Assembly: GCF_018350175.1 (NCBI RefSeq)
Contig: NC_058368.1
Span: 14,510,001 to 14,574,000, forward strand
Length of the DNA: 64,000 bases
Source of the DNA: Felis catus
Taxonomy: Eukaryota
Reading direction: 5' to 3'
Positions 27,791-40,669 of this stretch are shown here, one piece after another. The first letter of the stretch is position 1. Each line of letters opens with the position of its first letter. Both the position numbers and the translations under genes were made by a program. Below the pieces are notes generated by a model that had not been told where the DNA came from, searched no databases, and saw only the letters and a list, made by a program, of their open reading frames with translations.

Positions 27791-29499
27791 TTCGTGTTTC
27801 CCCTGAGTTAGTCACTGCTCTAGGCAAGTTTCTTTAAGGCATCCAGGGTAGAACGGCCACTACCTGCCACATTGAAATGCATGTACTTCTCCTACCTGAG
27901 TTGACCTATACTTATTTCTAAATATAAAAATTGAGTGAGCTTTGCCACCAATGGCACGGACCTAATTTGAAGACAAACTATTCTGGAAAGAACGTTTTCT
28001 ATCCCAAGGACATCGTGCTTGCTTTTCACGTTCACTGTTCTGGTTCATTTGTTAAGTCACATATGTAATATCATCCTCATGATTCATCAATCCAAGGAGG
28101 AAATAGGAATCAGCAGGAGGATGATTCTCCTCTTCATTGTTTTTACGTTTATACTCAAAGAAGAAAACCAAGCACTGAGGCAGGTAAATGAACAAATCAG
28201 AATCCACTCCCTCAATATTGTCTGACATAGTCTGATAGTTAAAGCAAATGTAGTTCTTTTTTACTTGAGTTACTAGGTATTTGCTTAAATATTCTAATAA
28301 TTTTGCTTGCATAGACTTAACTTAATGCAGTTTATTGTTGAAACAAAAAGAAACATGTTTGTTCTTTTCTTGTGTAGTCTCTGTGAAAAACTAGAAGCGG
28401 TTGAATATAAAATAGCATTTTAATTTTTTATATAGTTTAATGTTTGTAAAGCAAGAAATAATAAAGTGCAGATATTATTTTCTTGATTTATTTTGCTTCT
28501 GTTTTTCTAGCATTAAAAAGTAATGCTTTATATGATCTTGTTTTATTATAACAATAAACCAGAAGCAAAAGCATATCAGTTAAAATACAGTCTGCCATTA
28601 AGTAATCTTTTCTTTTATCATTTCAGATTTCTCAAAATCCTGGGTTTTTTTTCCCTAATTGGTATCTAATTAGTAGAATTGGAGATAGAACAGAAAGATG
28701 ATATAAATCACATATATATTTTTAATTGTATGTCAAAGTTGTATTTTCTGGTTAAAAAAAAGAATATCTACTTTCAAGCATTCAAGTAAAATCTTGCTAA
28801 GTACAAGCTATAAAGCGAGATGAACACAATCCTAAGGAAATTTTTGGAAAATCCTCTTCTGTGTTCCCAAGGAAGCACTTCTGCTGTTTTTTCCTTGAAT
28901 TTTCTGAAAATTGTCAATAATTGACTGGTAATTTGAACATAGTCTGATATTTGCATTGTGGGTAGCACAACCTGTAGCACTTTATAAAGTGCTTACTTTT
29001 CTGGAAAAGTTTAAAAGATTGCACAGACCAAGCAAAATGAATGAAATAGGTCATTTGACAGCCTCCCTTATTAGCTTCCTCACACTCTCTCTCATGGCAC
29101 TTAGACCTTATGACACTTCATCAGAAAGACAGTATTAAATTACATTTACAAAAAAGACTAGAAGTTGTAAAGATTCTACAGGAGAAAAATGTATTGGGTT
29201 AAATGTACCTGCATTGTGGAAAAGACAAGATTAATCAAAGTTTTTATCTACTGGGTACCAGAAGAGGTGAATGCTAGATACTAGTAAACCCAAGGAGGGA
29301 GAGAAAGCATGCTTATTCACCTAAATAGTAATTTCTTTCTTTTAGAATATTTTGAATTTATCAGTCATTTGAATATCAATCTGAACTATAACTTATGTGT
29401 CACTGTATTTTCTTTTACCTTGGCTATGAAATCTTTCCTATTAACAGGCATACATATAATACACATAAACCACAGCATTTCACTTCCTCTTCTAAGGAT

Positions 29500-30075
29500 T
29501 TATTTTTTGTTAAGTTTATTTATTTTGAGAGAGAGAGAGAGCTCACTTGCTCTCACGGCAGCAAGGGAGGGGCAGAGAGACAGGGAAAGAGAGAGAGTCC
29601 CAAGCAGGCTCCACACTGTCATCGCAGAATCCAATGCGGGACTTGAACTCATGTGCTGTGAGATACGTGTCAAGAATCAGACACATGGAGTGCCTGCGTG
29701 GTTCAGTTGGTTAAGCATCTGACTTCAGCTCAGATTATGATCTCACGGTTCATGGGTTCGAGCCCCATGTTGGACTCTGTGCTGACAGCTCAGAGCCTGG
29801 AGCCCGCTTCGGATTCTGTGTCTCCCTCTCTCTCTGCCACGCCCCTGGAAGTGGAATGCTCTGTCTCTCTCTCTCTCAAATAAATAAACATTAAAAAAAA
29901 TTTTTTTAAAGGCAGTGGGGAGGGTGCCTGGATGGCTCAATTGGTTCAGCGTCAGGCTCTTGATTTTGGCTCATATCATGATTTCCCAGTTCCTGGGATC
30001 ATGCCCCTCATCCTGCTCTGTACGGACAGTATGGAGCCTGCTTGGGATTCTGTCCTCCTCTCTTTGCCCCTCCCC

Positions 30076-30130
<55 letters not shown>

Positions 30131-30150
30131 AAAAATAAACTTTTTTGTAA
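29500..30150. mobile_element. SINE cluster: antisense copy lacking its head (~29500-29686), then two sense copies (~29687-29905, ~29920-30140)
   Basis: SINEC motifs in both orientations. Confidence 0.88.
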
Positions 30151-31000
30151 AGGCAGACACAAAAATAGGTGCCATATGATTCTATTTATAAGAAGTTCAA
30201 CAAAAGAAAAAATAATCGATGATAATTTTGATGGTGTAATTTAATTATCATCAAAATAGTGATTAGCCTGGCAGAGGATGAGGAGTGGGAAAAATTTACT
30301 GTGGAGGGGGAAGAGGGCAGTATCATCACATACGTATATTCCCACGTAGATACTACCCAGATCAAGATGTGGAAATTTCCAGTTCGGTGCCAAAGCCCTG
30401 TGTCTTGATTTGGGTGGCGTTATAAGAGAGAAAACACACACACAGTTAATTAAAGTGGATGCACATAAGCAGCTGTAGTTAAGATACCACATTCAGCAAG
30501 TACAGAGGCCCATGAAGGTAAAGGCAGATCAATATTTTCATGTTATCCCACCGAAGAGTTGCCCTCAGATAAATACATGGTCTTCCATATTCGTAAAATA
30601 CCAAAGATTTTGTCAGTCACATTTGTTTTGAAAAATTCACTGTTCTAAGCCTGTTGCTTGTGATAAGTTTGTATGAAATACATAAGACTTACCTCACTGT
30701 ATTACATGTAAAAAGTTATGATAACTTATTGATTCTGAGATGCGTGTCATTGTCATATCTCAACACTCCAAACTGCAGTGTGTTTTACAATCAACAGTGT
30801 ATCACAGTTTAATTGGCAACATCTTTTTACTTCTTAATAGTGTATAAATTAACGATGCTTCTAATAATGGAGAACATCTTAGCTTCGATTAAGTTAGGTT
30901 GGCAGGCCTATTTCCCGAGTGTTACTCTTGCCATACACATTGTAAAAATCATGAGCTCACAAATACATTAGTTCATTCTTTCTTCGTGGAAATTGCAATG

Positions 31001-31454
31001 CAACGGTCTCCCCTTATCCACTGTTTCACCTTCCACTGCTTCAGTTACCCTCAGTCAGCCATGGTCTCGAAGCAGTGATTCTGACTTAGCGTCAGAAGGT
31101 CAGCAGCGGTGACCTTAGATCACAGTGCCTACTTGATTAGCTCACTTCATCTCATCAGACAGGCATTGTACCATCTCTCATTGTCATCTTAAGAAGAAAG
31201 GTGAGTCCAGTGCAATGAGGTATTTTGAAAGAGAGACCACATTCATGTAACTTTTATTACAGTATATTATCACTGCTCTATTTTATCAGGGGTTATTGGT
31301 GTTAAATCTCTCACTGTGCGTAATTTATTAATTTAACATAGGTATGTAGGTATAGGATAAAACAGAGCATATGTAGGGTTCAGTACTATCCACAGTTTCA
31401 GGCATTCTTTGGGGTCTTGGACCACATATCCCAAGGATGAGGGCAGGACTACAG
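31001..31454 (+). mobile_element. MER44/Tigger7-like non-autonomous DNA transposon
   Basis: Degenerate terminal inverted repeats caacggtctccccttatcc / ggatgagggcaggactacag followed by TA; internal gggttcagtactatccacagtttcaggca. Confidence 0.8.
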
Positions 31455-33163
31455 TAGATGTATAAAGCAATAGATTCCTTCTAATACAAATTAACGTTTT
31501 GGTAGTAGATTTTAAAAGGATTAACAAATGCCGAGGTCTGTAGAAGTCAGACAGGGACTAAACTAGTGAAGCAGGCCAGGAGGTAATGATACATGCTGGG
31601 GTCCTGCGAGTGGTGGGCATTACAAAAGGGCCCCGGTGGCTTAGCACCAGACAAGTGTGGCTGTGCGAGAATGCTGATGAACCAGCTCTTCTGGTTTTTT
31701 TGAGAGAAGCCAAAAAATCCAATTTGTTGTATGAAATTTCCTGACCTGTAAATGTTGGCTCAGATGGAAACCATGCCCGTAGGCTGATTCTAGCCCAAGG
31801 ATACAGGCACATGACATCTGGCTGAATGTAAGCTCCTATGTCATCCTGGCTAGAATGTAACCTCTACAAGAGCAGGAATCTCTGTTTTGTTTGATGAGTA
31901 TCACAGATGTCTAAAATGATACCCAGTACACAGTAGGTGCTCAAGAAGTGTATGTTTTATGAATAAATGAAACTAGGTAGCATTATGTCTCTTCAACCCA
32001 CGCAGAACAATGCATAGAAAAATGAAAATGTGCTGAATTTTTTCAAATGCAGTTTCTGATTTTCCTTTTTTGCTGTTGACTCACCAATTCCTACCTAACA
32101 CTCAGACCTCAGCTCATGTCCTTTTTTGAAAGCCCCTTTCCTGACAGCCCTCCTCTCCCTGCCCCTTCCTCCACCCTGGGTCTGATGTAGTCATCACTCC
32201 TGGGCTCCCTCGCACTTGGTGCTGGCCTCCACCGTGCTCCTGCCACCTCCTGTGTGCCCTGATTACTACTCATCTTATGTCCCCATAGGCTGAAAGCTTC
32301 TTGAGGGCAGGCTGGCCTCTGATTTTTTATCCCTCAGCATAGAGTAACCATTTAACAACGTTTGTTAACTTCATTGTTTTGGTGGTATTGAATTGTAAAA
32401 GGAAAGAACTCTGATGTTTCCTCCATTACTATGCTTTTCCTTTTCCGAGCTTTCAGTTCTGCACAAATGTCCCCCCGCTGCCCCACTGCTAGACTCAGCA
32501 GATGTTTTTGGACTCTGTTAGGACCAAGTCACAGCCCTGACCTGCAAAGGTTAACAGTCTGAGCAAAGAGAACTCTGTAAAGCACTGTGCGTTGAATTTC
32601 ATGATAAAGGAAAAAACAGTGCTATGAGAATATGGAGGGCATTCATTATGATTTAGGGATTCTGGAAAGAATTTAGAACCCTGCCTAAGGTTTACATGGA
32701 GGGGAGGCATTTTCTCATACATCAGGGAGTAGTTCTCAGAACAACCACTCAGTTGCTGTGCTTCCCAGATTACAGAATGGTATGTGTACATGTCCGGGCA
32801 CCCTCCCAAGAGGGCACACTCCCTCTTGACAGAAAGAAGACATTGATGACTTTCCAAAAGTGGGGGAAGGACAGAAAACATATGACGGGGGAACAGGTGA
32901 AGAAAACCAGTAGGTGCTCACTTCCCATTCAAACATGTTGGTAATGACAAGAAATAGAACTCAGAGGAGGCAGTGTGCTTTTTCAAGGTCAGAAAGACCT
33001 ATATGTTTTCAAATCAGAGAGTAAGGAATTATGAGGGTTACAGACAGGATTACAAGATAGCTAAAAGGTAAATGCTGGAATAAGAACTTTTAGGTCATGA
33101 AGGCATGGGAGTTACAAGGGAGGGGGATTGCATTTAGTATAAAAAAATAAATAAATAAATGTT

Positions 33164-33327
33164 AGGCACCTGGGTGGTTTAGTTGGTTAAGCATCTGACT
33201 TCACCTCAGGTCATGATCTCATGGTCCGTGGGTTCAAGCCCCAAGTCAGGCTGTGTGCTGACAGCTCAGAGCCTGGAGCCTGCTTCAGATTCTGTGTCTC
33301 CCTCTCTCGCTGCCCCTCCCCCGCTCA

Positions 33328-33377
<50 letters not shown>

Positions 33378-33631
33378 AGTAAATAAACGTTAAAACAGAA
33401 AATAAGTGTTGGGGCACCTGAGTGGCTCAGTTCGTTAGGTGACCAACTTCGGCTCAGATCATGGTCTCGAAGTTTGTGAGTTCAAGCCCCATGTCAGGGT
33501 GTGCTGACCGCTCAGAGCCTGGGGCCTGTTTCAGATTCTGTGTCACCCTTTCTCTCTGCCCCTCCCCTGCTCGTGCTCTGTCTCTCTCGCTCTCAAAAAT
33601 AAAATAAACATTAAGCAAAATTTTTTTAATA
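33164..33631 (+). mobile_element. Two tandem SINEC copies (33164-33399, 33411-33631)
   Basis: Two heads and tails; target motif AAATAARTGTT occurs three times. Confidence 0.93.
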
Positions 33632-35695
33632 AAATAAATGTTAAATTTAGGAAATAGACTGTCTTAATGAGAGGGTAAGATCACAATATTAGGTTGATCA
33701 CAGCCTAATATTTACCCTGATGCCATTTGAGAGTCATTTAGAATACATATGTGTATGTACTCTGACTGAGTCCAAAAAGAATCAGAGGTGGGCCCCCTGA
33801 AGAGAACTGTACAGATTTCTGGAAATTAAGTGAGTTTCACAAGATTCTCTATTATTGTTTAATACTTCCCTTTCAGAAACAAAATTAAAGTCAAGCAAAG
33901 CATGTTTGTGGATTTAGTCCTTCCGCGACTATTTAAAGGCTATGTACTAATTATAGGCACTGACCAAGAGACTAAACTGTGTTTAATTTTACCCCTGTCT
34001 CCCCACCCCCACCCCAGTCCTCTTTCTGGAGGAGTAAAAACACAAGCCATAGTTATCTATTGTTAGAGCAACTTTGGCTGTTCTTGATACATAAAGCTAG
34101 GGTATTGGAAATTTTCTAACCAGGGCAGCTTTAACAATAAAATTGCTGCTTTTTTTTTTCTTTCAAGTAATTCTCAAGAGTTTATTGTTCATGATGTGAA
34201 CCTAGCCAGAAATGGTCTCTTCCCTCTTTTATAATCATAAATCTTGCACTGGGGAGATAAAGTGTGATGGTATCTTTGTGAGTGCGATTTACTTAAATAG
34301 TCACACTTTGTGTATGAGTGGACACCATGCAAACAAATGGATACATTAAAATTGGACAGCACTTAAAGAGATTTAATAATTCATCCTATTGCCTCTGCAA
34401 ATAAAAGAACCAAAGCCCCGTTTATGCAATTGCTAAAATATGGCAGATAATGATGCATTCATGTTTAATATTACTAATAAATTTGAAAATTCACATTTTT
34501 ATTGATAAACATTTTCTTGAAATGCAGTCTAGGCAGACAGATTGTTAAATTTAAGTACTTTATAAATGAGATTTGTAGATAGTGATGCGATTAGTGGCAG
34601 TCCTGTGTCGAGAGCTATCTACAACCTTACCTGCACTCCTAAGCACTCAGCAATGAGTTTCGTATTTCACTTTTATGTGCAACCAAATTGCACACAATTT
34701 TAGGGGAAAAATTAGCATGGTAACAGAGTAATGATCATTGTAAATATTGTGCTTCTCCTTGTTGACTTAAATTACATGCTAACAGTATTTTGGAAAAATA
34801 TTTCTGTTAGTCTAGCTTAGTATATTGAATTTTTTTGCCAGTGGAATTTATATATAGAAGAAATACATAAATGTCCTATAAGATTATGTCTTTGAAATAC
34901 ACACCAAAAAGAAAAAAGGCATGTTATATAGTCCACACAGTTTGAGATCCAAAATTATTTTTATTCATTGGAAGCCATAAAATCTCATTAATTTTTCTAT
35001 CTGCATAGGCTTTAATAAAATATTGTGTAGCTCAAGATGCCCAAAGAATTATTTCCTCTTTGGGTTAGTTATCTCCAAAATTTCAAAAAATTTTTGAGAG
35101 AAATATATCCATACCTTATAAGACACTACATAATATTTCAGCATTTCATCTTAAAATAGCATAGCATGTCAAGATATATTTTTCGTAGTGAAAATTTGTC
35201 CATACAGAAGTCATAGTGATTGCCCCTCTGTATTGACTGGAAAATATGATTTTCTGAATTTTATTTTGTATCATTGGTGGACTTTATGTATCATTCTTTT
35301 TTCCCAAGATTCCAGAAGCTTATTTCATTAGAGATCCCCATACGTTCCTTCTTACCAAGGACTTTATTAAGGTATACATGCTGTATTCAGTGTTAAAAGT
35401 GTTCTTTGGTCTTCGCTGCATGCATGCACTCACAGGTTTAACATTTCCACATTTAACCCCAGCTTCTAAATAAGAATAGTGACTTGGTTAACGGAAGCAT
35501 GTTTGGAAGGAGAAGCAAAGCTTGTCTACAAAATACTAACACTTGGATGATTCTGCACCCCGAGAGAAGAGCGCCTGGTGAATTTTCTGGACTTCTTTCA
35601 TGGCTGACTTGGGATACACTTGCATTGTCAGAGAGTGTGTTGACCTCTCTGGTTGATGCATATTGATTGTGACAGTCACTCTCCTTCCCCTGCAG

Positions 35696-35785
35696 GCCAT
35701 GGAGGCACAGATACAGAACTTTGGACAGACGCCATCTCAGTTGCTTATTGAGCCACATCCACCTCGGAGCTCAGCCATGCACCTG
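35696..35785 (+). CDS. NBEA: Neurobeachin coding exon (end of BEACH): [30 protein letters not shown]
   Basis: ctgcag|GCC ... CTG|gtaaga; 90 nt, phase 0/0; BEACH C-terminal motif FGQTPxQL..PHPxR. Confidence 0.97.
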
Positions 35786-36214
35786 GTAAGACGTAGCAGC
35801 TTGCTGAAAGTTTTCCGCTTTCTTTGTACCTGGGTACAGGTCAAATAAAACAGTGATTTTAGCAGCATTTTTAAAGGCTTCTCAAAATATTGGTCAACTC
35901 TGCAGGCTTCAGTATGTGCTGATGCCCTATGGAGCAACAGAAGGGAGTGCAATTCTTACCTTTAAGTTCTGCAACGCTAGCCTAATTTGGGATTCACAAA
36001 AACAGCCCTCTTCTCTGACTCTACGTGCCTCTGCATAAACTCATTCATACGCATACAGGCACCAAAATTAGATTTGATTTACAAAGTAGGATGAAAATGT
36101 AATATAAACACAATATGATATTGCCCAATTTAATCTTTTGGGACAAGGTGGAGTAGGGGGGAGGTAGTTCGTTTTAAGAAAAGGAAAGACACATAAAGGT
36201 AATTTGTAGTCACT

Positions 36215-36460
36215 GCAGAGAGATAGTGGAGTTAAGAACAAGGGCTCCAGAGCCACTTGGGTCAAACGCCGGTTCTGCCTCTGGCTGGGGAATGACTTGG
36301 GCAAGGTATTCAACCTCCCTGTTGATGTTTCAGCATCCGTTACGTGAAAGTAAAAATACCATTTGCCCTCAGAATGTCATGACTTCACACTGGAAAGCAC
36401 TTAGACCAGCACCTGGAGTACAATACATTCTCAATAAATGTTAGCTGGTGTCATCATCGT
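36215..36460 (+). mobile_element. MIR
   Basis: gggtcaaacgccggttctgcc...tgacttgggcaaggtattcaacct...aagcacttagaccagcacctgg...ctcaataaatgttagct. Confidence 0.75.
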
Positions 36461-36650
36461 CATTAGCTACTCATATTAAAACTTTTATTCCAGTTTTACA
36501 AGGGAAAAGGGAACATTCTTTTCATTCTAATCTGAATTTTCAAGGCTCCCTTTTCATAACAAGACAGCCCTTTTTCAGTTTACTAGCAAAGTGTATTACA
36601 TTTCCCTCTTTAGTTTGAAAATGGTAATTTTTTTTCTGAGAAACTTCTTT

Positions 36651-36871
36651 TTTTAATTTTTTTAATGTTTACTTTTTATTTTTGAGAGAGACAGAGAGAC
36701 AAAGTGCAAGAAGGGGAGGGACAGGGAGAGAGGGAGACACAGAATCCAAAGCAGGCTCCAGGCTCTTAGCTGTGAGCACAGAGCCCCAATGCAGGTCTCA
36801 AACTCACAAACCACAAGATCATGACCAGAGCTGAAGTTGAACGCTTAAACGACTGAGCCACCCAGGTGCCC
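36651..36871 (-). mobile_element. SINEC_Fc-type SINE, antisense, with TSD
   Basis: TSD CTGAGAAACTTCTTT at 36636-36650 and 36872-36886. Confidence 0.95.
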
Positions 36872-38379
36872 CTGAGAAACTTCTTTAGAAGGAACTTATT
36901 TTTTAAACTGTGGCTTTTTACTATTATTTTTTAAACTGAAGTGAAAAATGCTTGAAGGAAAAAAAGGTGTTTGCAGAATGAATTAAAGTTCATCTGTTTC
37001 TCTAGGTAATTATCAAGGCAGCAAGTATCCTAATTTTGGGGTAAAGAGCTCTGAAATATGGTTCATAAATATGTGCAAACAAATTTATAAGCTGTTCAGA
37101 CCTTTAGTTTATTTTATCAGTTACTTAACACATTTGTATTGAGTTCCTTCTGTGTGTCAGGCATGACACTAAGCATTGGCAATACAGAGGTGACCGCATA
37201 TTCTAGACCTTCAAGGAATCGATAGTCAAACTCCTAGTGAAACACGTAAATAAATGTGTTTGTGTGAAACCATGTTTTTTCTCTCTCCAATGGCTCAGTT
37301 TCAGCACCCTTGAGTAGTCACTAATGAACTCTTCGGATTGAAATTGGTCCTTGTGTGTGTGAGAAAGCAGAAAGGTGGTCACCAAGCACGCTGTTCCATA
37401 CAAACACGCAGTCCCAGTGTAGACTTGGGGATGTGGCCTTGGAGCCTCAAGCCTTGAAACGAAGCATTTTTAATAAACTGTCCAAGAGAATATCTCTAAC
37501 ACTTTATTGTATGAAATGCTTTGGCAGGAGAGTTTTATTCCCATGTTAGTTGTCTCTGTTTAATAATAATAATAAAAATACTTATCCTGGAGAAATGCCC
37601 AGTCAGGATTCATTGCTTTCCTGGGGAACATTGTTAGAGACTAAATTGGCATGGAACTGTTCATAAAGGAAACGTAGGCCTCGCAAGTTCGTGGAGCAGA
37701 CGATTCATATGTGTAGAAAACAATTACAAAACATTTATGAAAGTTAAATCGTGGTTATTTCCAGCATCCCTATTTTGTGTTTTTGATGCAGTAATGTGTT
37801 GCAGTGTTTTATAGTGCTGAAACAGTAGGACGTTATAACGTCTACTTTCTATCAAGTCACATGCTAGAGTTTGAAAACGCAGATTAAGAGAAGAAAGGGG
37901 GCAGCCCTCAAGGAAGCACCCAGTCTAGAAGGGGAAAGGGGGTGTTGACTGTACCCAGTCAGTACTGCCCCAGCAGAGATGTGTACAGACCTCTGACAGG
38001 GAAGGCTCTTCGCTTTTAATGATTTAGGTTGGAGCCAGGAGCCCAGATCAACCAGGTAAAAAATGCAAGTACCGACCAGTTCACTTTATCGTTCATGGAG
38101 ACGTTGTCAGTAACCAATTTTTCCACCAAACTGATGTTTTCGTGACGCCGACCAATTTATTCTACATCACACGACAGATCTGTAAGCGAACTTCTCACAC
38201 CGCGGTCGGGCGATACTTAAATTGAGACTGGCCGTTAATGCTTCGATGTCCCCTGCCAGCGACCACACCGAGTCCTTGCCCTTCTCCCTGCGCCGTCCCC
38301 AGAGGATGCAAGTTCGCCTTGCTTTGCTCCCTGCTCGTGCTGGCCTTGTCTGTGCTTACCTCCATCTCCCCAGAGCTCT

Positions 38380-38436
38380 CACTAACCATGTCATCCCTTT
38401 TGTCTCCTTCTGCCCTCTTCCCTTTCTATTCAACAG
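38380..38436 (+). promoter_or_regulatory. Branch point CACTAAC plus long polypyrimidine tract and AG-exclusion zone
   Basis: Near-consensus CACTAAC at 38380-38386, then about 50 nt pyrimidine-rich with no AG until 38435. Confidence 0.65.
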
Positions 38437-38629
38437 TGTTTCCTTCCACAGAGTCCACTCATGTTTAAAGATCAGATGCAACAGGATGTGATCATGGTGC
38501 TGAAGTTCCCGTCCAATTCTCCGGTGACCCACGTGGCAGCCAACACCTTGCCCCACCTGACCATCCCTGCGGTGGTGACCGTGACCTGCAGCCGACTGTT
38601 TGCAGTGAATCGATGGCATAACACAGTAG
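38437..38629 (+). CDS. NBEA: Neurobeachin coding exon: (CFLPQ)SPLMFKDQMQQDVIMVLKFPSNSPVTHVAANTLPHLTIPAVVTVTCSRLFAVNRWHNTV; alternative acceptor at 38452
   Basis: caacag|TGT (38437) or ccacag|AGT (38452) acceptor; GTAG|gtaagc donor; 193 or 178 nt, phase 0/1. Confidence 0.95.
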
Positions 38630-40254
38630 GTAAGCAGGCATCTAAGCAGGTGACTTACGGAAGGTGTCTTACGAGCTGCAGTTAAGTTAAGGTAAGGTAA
38701 GTGTGCTGAGGGCTGCCTAATATGCCAGATCGTCTACAAAAAGCAGGAGAGCAAATAATTGCCAAACCTGACGAAGTGAGTCTCGTGTGTCTTACTCACT
38801 ACTGCTATATGTTAGGGCCTCGCCTCACAGAATGCTTGGCTACTGGTTAAGTAGTCAATAAATATTTGATGAATTAAAGCAGTTCTACAAATAATTCAGG
38901 TCCTCCCACCCTCCTGTACCTCAGCCCTGCAAACAAACAAACAAACAAAAACACTTTTATCCCATATTAAATGAAAGTGAGTTTGAATCTGGATTTCCTA
39001 GATGCTGGTTTCGAAATCTTTTTCTTCCACCTAATTTATTTAGCAAATATTTGGCCACTGTGTGTCACATAGTCACGAGCACTGGGAGGACAGCAGTGAA
39101 CAAGACAGACCCCACTTTCCTCCTTGGGTGGAATTGAGAGTCTTTGAGAAAAGACTACATCTAAATTGTTCAGTGATTTCCCACGTGGTTTCTTTAAGCG
39201 CATTCCTGAAAGTTCCGGCTAGTACATCTTGAAGTGATATAATTCTGGTGTCAAAATTAGACGTATTAATACTTACCTAACCAGGACAGAAATGGATGTG
39301 ACCAAATGATTTATTTGGCCAAATTCACCCCTTAAGGTCTCCCTGGAAGCCTATCTCCAGGGCTAAATGGATGAGTCCATGGTGAATTAACCTGACATTT
39401 CCTCTTCTACTGACTTCTGTATTCCTCTGAAAAATGGTATCATTTATATCATAACTTAATCTTCTAAGAGGCTCTAAATGCACTTATTTTATATTTATTG
39501 GTGATACTCTCAACATGAAGCATAACTACTTCCATTTGATCAGAAATATGCAACAAACATCTTAAGAAAAAAATATAACTATTATCCACGGTAGTCTTAG
39601 CCTTTAGAAATGTTTTGCACTGAGAAAAAAAACTATAAAGGATTCATTTTTTCGCTAGCATTGTTCAAAAGTATTATATATGTTATATAATCACATGTAA
39701 AAAATTATGACTAATGAACTCAATCAAGCCCTAAATACTAATCCTCTAAAAGTGGCTTTTCCTGAGCTTAAGGTCTTAGGTGTGTGTCATTTCTACTTAC
39801 CTTCAACTGACTTGTCATAAATTGAGTGAAGCTGGGAGCCCCATCTCCCCCTCTGCCCTGGCCTAGGTGAGCCCGGCCACGCTCACACCCACCACTACGT
39901 GCAGGCACAGCCTTTCTTAGATTTCAGGCTCCTTGGTTGCCCGGAAATCTTAGCTCTCTGACGGGTTCAAGAAATGTTATGATCTTCTATTTTGTGCTGT
40001 TTTTTCATGTTGTTAGAATGAGAACAAGACTCTTTTCAGCTTTCCACGTCTCCGTGGAAACCAGGAGTCCCTGTTGTGATGATTTCTTTTGAGAGTATCT
40101 ACAAAGATGTGTAGTATGACAGTCATTCTTACAACAATTTGCCAAATAACTTCTAAACCATACTTTTCCACAATCATCATGAAACACTGCATCTTAGGAA
40201 ATTCCCCCTTTCCGAGAATTTTATGGTAGTTTTCTCCTTCTGTTTAAACTTTAG

Positions 40255-40326
40255 GCCTCAGAGGAGCTCCAGGATACTCCTTGGACCAAGCACATCATCT
40301 TCCTATTGAAATGGACCCCTTAATCG
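40255..40326 (+). CDS. NBEA: Neurobeachin coding exon: (G)LRGAPGYSLDQAHHLPIEMDPLI
   Basis: ctttag|GC ... ATCG|gtacgc; 72 nt, phase 1/1, in frame with both neighbours. Absent from the ORF track. Confidence 0.93.
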
Positions 40327-40669
40327 GTACGCTAACCACAAAAATACATTTTCGTGAATGCTGGCTGTGCACAGATTCCTGTGCACTTACTACAAAAGAC
40401 AGTCGAATGGCAATTTTTCTGCCATAAAATTGATGTGCAAATAACATGAAATTACCATCAAGGGGCTGTGTAAATCATATGCCATCTAACAACTTTTTGG
40501 TATTTACAACAATTATTTGTGGCATTTTCTTGATATTTTAGGAGGTTGTTTAAGTTGGTTCTAAACAAGGCAAATCATTCCGAACTGTCCTTTCTTTCTG
40601 CCTAAACTATTCTTTGACAACTTTATATTATTTGAAATAGGTAAGGCCTCAAAAAAAATTATTAAAGCG

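Noticed and set aside
28985..28996. TAAAGTGCTTAC resembling the 5' end of miR-17/20/106
   Set aside because: Similarity ends after about 12 nt, and there is no ~60-nt precursor hairpin.
37300..37320. TTCAGCACC, the left half of a REST/RE1 site
   Set aside because: The right half (GGACAG) is missing.
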